64,000 bases of DNA. Origin: an uncultured Candidatus Saccharibacteria bacterium. GTDB lineage: Bacteria > Patescibacteriota > Minisyncoccia > Phycocordibacterales > GWA1-40-21. Below, piece by piece: positions 63,101-64,000 of this stretch. Within the stretch, counting starts at the first letter, position 1; each line of letters starts with the position of its first letter. The notes under the pieces were generated by a model, which saw only the letters and a list, made by a program, of their open reading frames with translations, had not been told where the DNA came from and did not search any database. Location of the stretch: contig CAZTJK010000004.1 of NCBI GenBank assembly GCA_964613715.1, positions 3,834 to 67,833 of the forward strand. Direction: 5' to 3'. Made by a program: the position numbers and the translations under genes.

Positions 63101-63746
63101 TCCATGATACCTGCTTGTTTGCATAAATAGTCGCGGAGCCGAGCTGGGTTGCGGAACAGACTGCATTGAGTACGATCGCATCGAGCGGTATGCCGCCATT
63201 GCCCCCGTTTCCAAAACCGCCAAATCCCCCGTTACCGTTGCCTTGCCCGTTGCCGTTATTACCCTGCCCCGGATGGCCAGGACCACGATTGCCGCCACCA
63301 TTATTGCCGCCGAAAATGCCCTGGCCATTGCCGTTGCCATTATTCTGGCTATTCGATCCGCCGCATGAGCCAACTGCCTGATCGCCGCCGCCAACGCCGG
63401 GAACATAGGTTGCATTGTCATTGCCAAGGCTGACCGGGGCTTTCGTCGCTTGGCTAAGCCGACATCCAGAATCATTGATCAGGCTATTCCCCAAATCAGT
63501 CAAGCCGGTATGAATACCAACAACATCAAGAGTAGCACCGACAGCATCTGCAGCTGCACCAATGATACCGCTGCCAACTGCGATAGAAGTATTCACGACA
63601 ACATTCACAACCGTCGTTGCAACGCTCACCACGGCAGTAACAACGCTTGCTACCGCATCCACGACGAACCCCGCCTGGCTTATTTGCGGTGTAACGATGA
63701 GAACCGCACCGAAGAGAAGCGAAAATGCCTTGAGATAGAGTTTCAT
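62835..63746 (-). CDS. secreted Gly/Asn-rich protein sharing the C-terminal domain of the upstream giant protein
   Basis: Signal peptide MKLYLKAFSLLFGAVLIVTPQISQA from the ATG at 63746, a long low-complexity GNG-repeat region, and a C-terminus (...NKQVSWTIV...FNKIYTTIGQKG...TCSATTTVKLDPGTVHEI) paralogous to 59736..~60000. Confidence 0.55.
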   Translation of the reverse strand: MKLYLKAFSLLFGAVLIVTPQISQAGFVVDAVASVVTAVVSVATTVVNVVVNTSIAVGSGIIGAAADAVGATLDVVGIHTGLTDLGNSLINDSGCRLSQATKAPVSLGNDNATYVPGVGGGDQAVGSCGGSNSQNNGNGNGQGIFGGNNGGGNRGPGHPGQGNNGNGQGNGNGGFGGFGNGGNGGIPLDAIVLNAVCSATQLGSATIYANKQVSWTIVPDAIRGGASFLDQAFDTLQVNWEGNDVANIMTEGKDATTFNKIYTTIGQKGITATVLAKLGPKTYTATCSATTTVKLDPGTVHEI

Positions 63747-63847
63747 GGATAAATGATGCTTATAAATAATAGTGCTTCTATTATAGCAGATATGCATGCG
63801 GTGCAAACCGGTCTGTGTATAAGCGATTGCATGCTATCATACACCGC

Positions 63848-64000
63848 ATGACGCCCGACACGGCAGAAAAAAGAGCGCAGTCGCGCTGGCTCGCCCTTGA
63901 TGCCGTCAAAACGGCCGGCTTGATCGGCACGCTGCTCGCCCACCCGATGATCTGGGTGCTCGGAACAGAAAAAATGCTCGACGGCCATCCGATTTACGAT
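63848..64000 (+). CDS. hypothetical membrane protein, partial (continues beyond window end)
   Basis: ATG at 63848, open to the window end (MTPDTAEKRAQSRWLALDAVKTAGLIGTLLAHPMIWVLGTEKMLDGHPIYD) with a hydrophobic segment. It is absent from the track because it is truncated. Confidence 0.35.
   Translation, partial: MTPDTAEKRAQSRWLALDAVKTAGLIGTLLAHPMIWVLGTEKMLDGHPIYD

Noticed and set aside
63743-63988. Minus-strand 81-aa ORF at the window end
   Set aside because: It overlaps, antisense, the better-supported plus-strand gene start at 63848 and the signal-peptide start of the 62835..63746 gene. It has Arg/Cys-rich composition and no RBS.

Overview
The window is a gene-dense, mostly minus-strand bacterial segment of roughly 55% GC with two AT-rich islands. 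Its hallmarks point to a Candidate Phyla Radiation (Patescibacteria)-type genome: rpsE is directly followed by rplO with no L30 gene, the isoleucyl- and glycyl-tRNA synthetases are eukaryote/archaea-like, there is a type IV pilus operon, and there are giant Ser/Thr-rich surface proteins with lamin-tail and peptidoglycan-binding domains. Content in order: (i) hypothetical genes and a class-A beta-lactamase-like hydrolase. (ii) A ribosomal supercluster rpsS-rplV-rpsC-rplP-rpmC-rpsQ-rplN-rplX-rplE-[membrane-protein cassette]-rpsN-rpsH-rplF-rplR-rpsE-rplO-secY-adk-map. (iii) A cell-envelope block: an LTD protein, peptidoglycan-binding proteins and a 1090-aa surface protein whose 5' end contains an Illumina P7 adapter plus poly-A. 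(iv) An AT-rich island with a C-terminal-HTH protein. (v) ftsK, recA, efp, rpsR-ssb-rpsF, an M16 peptidase, glyQS, a large membrane protein, recO, an ileS carrying an in-frame histidine-phosphatase domain insertion, and argS. (vi) A thymidylate/folate cluster (glyA-dut-SWIB, thyA-HIT, dCMP deaminase fusion, RfaE-like nucleotidyltransferase, folA, folD). (vii) secE-nusG-rplK ending at a terminator with no L1 gene following. (viii) tatD, metG and an AI-2E transporter. (ix) A type IV pilus operon (pilB, pilC, three prepilins, a large pilus-associated protein) preceded by two giant secreted proteins that share a C-terminal domain. I found no rRNA, tRNA, CRISPR array or obvious transposase. Many intrinsic-terminator hairpins are followed immediately by TTGACT/TATACT-type promoters and divide the clusters into small transcription units. 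I re-read motif coordinates from the text, so treat them as +/-2 nt.
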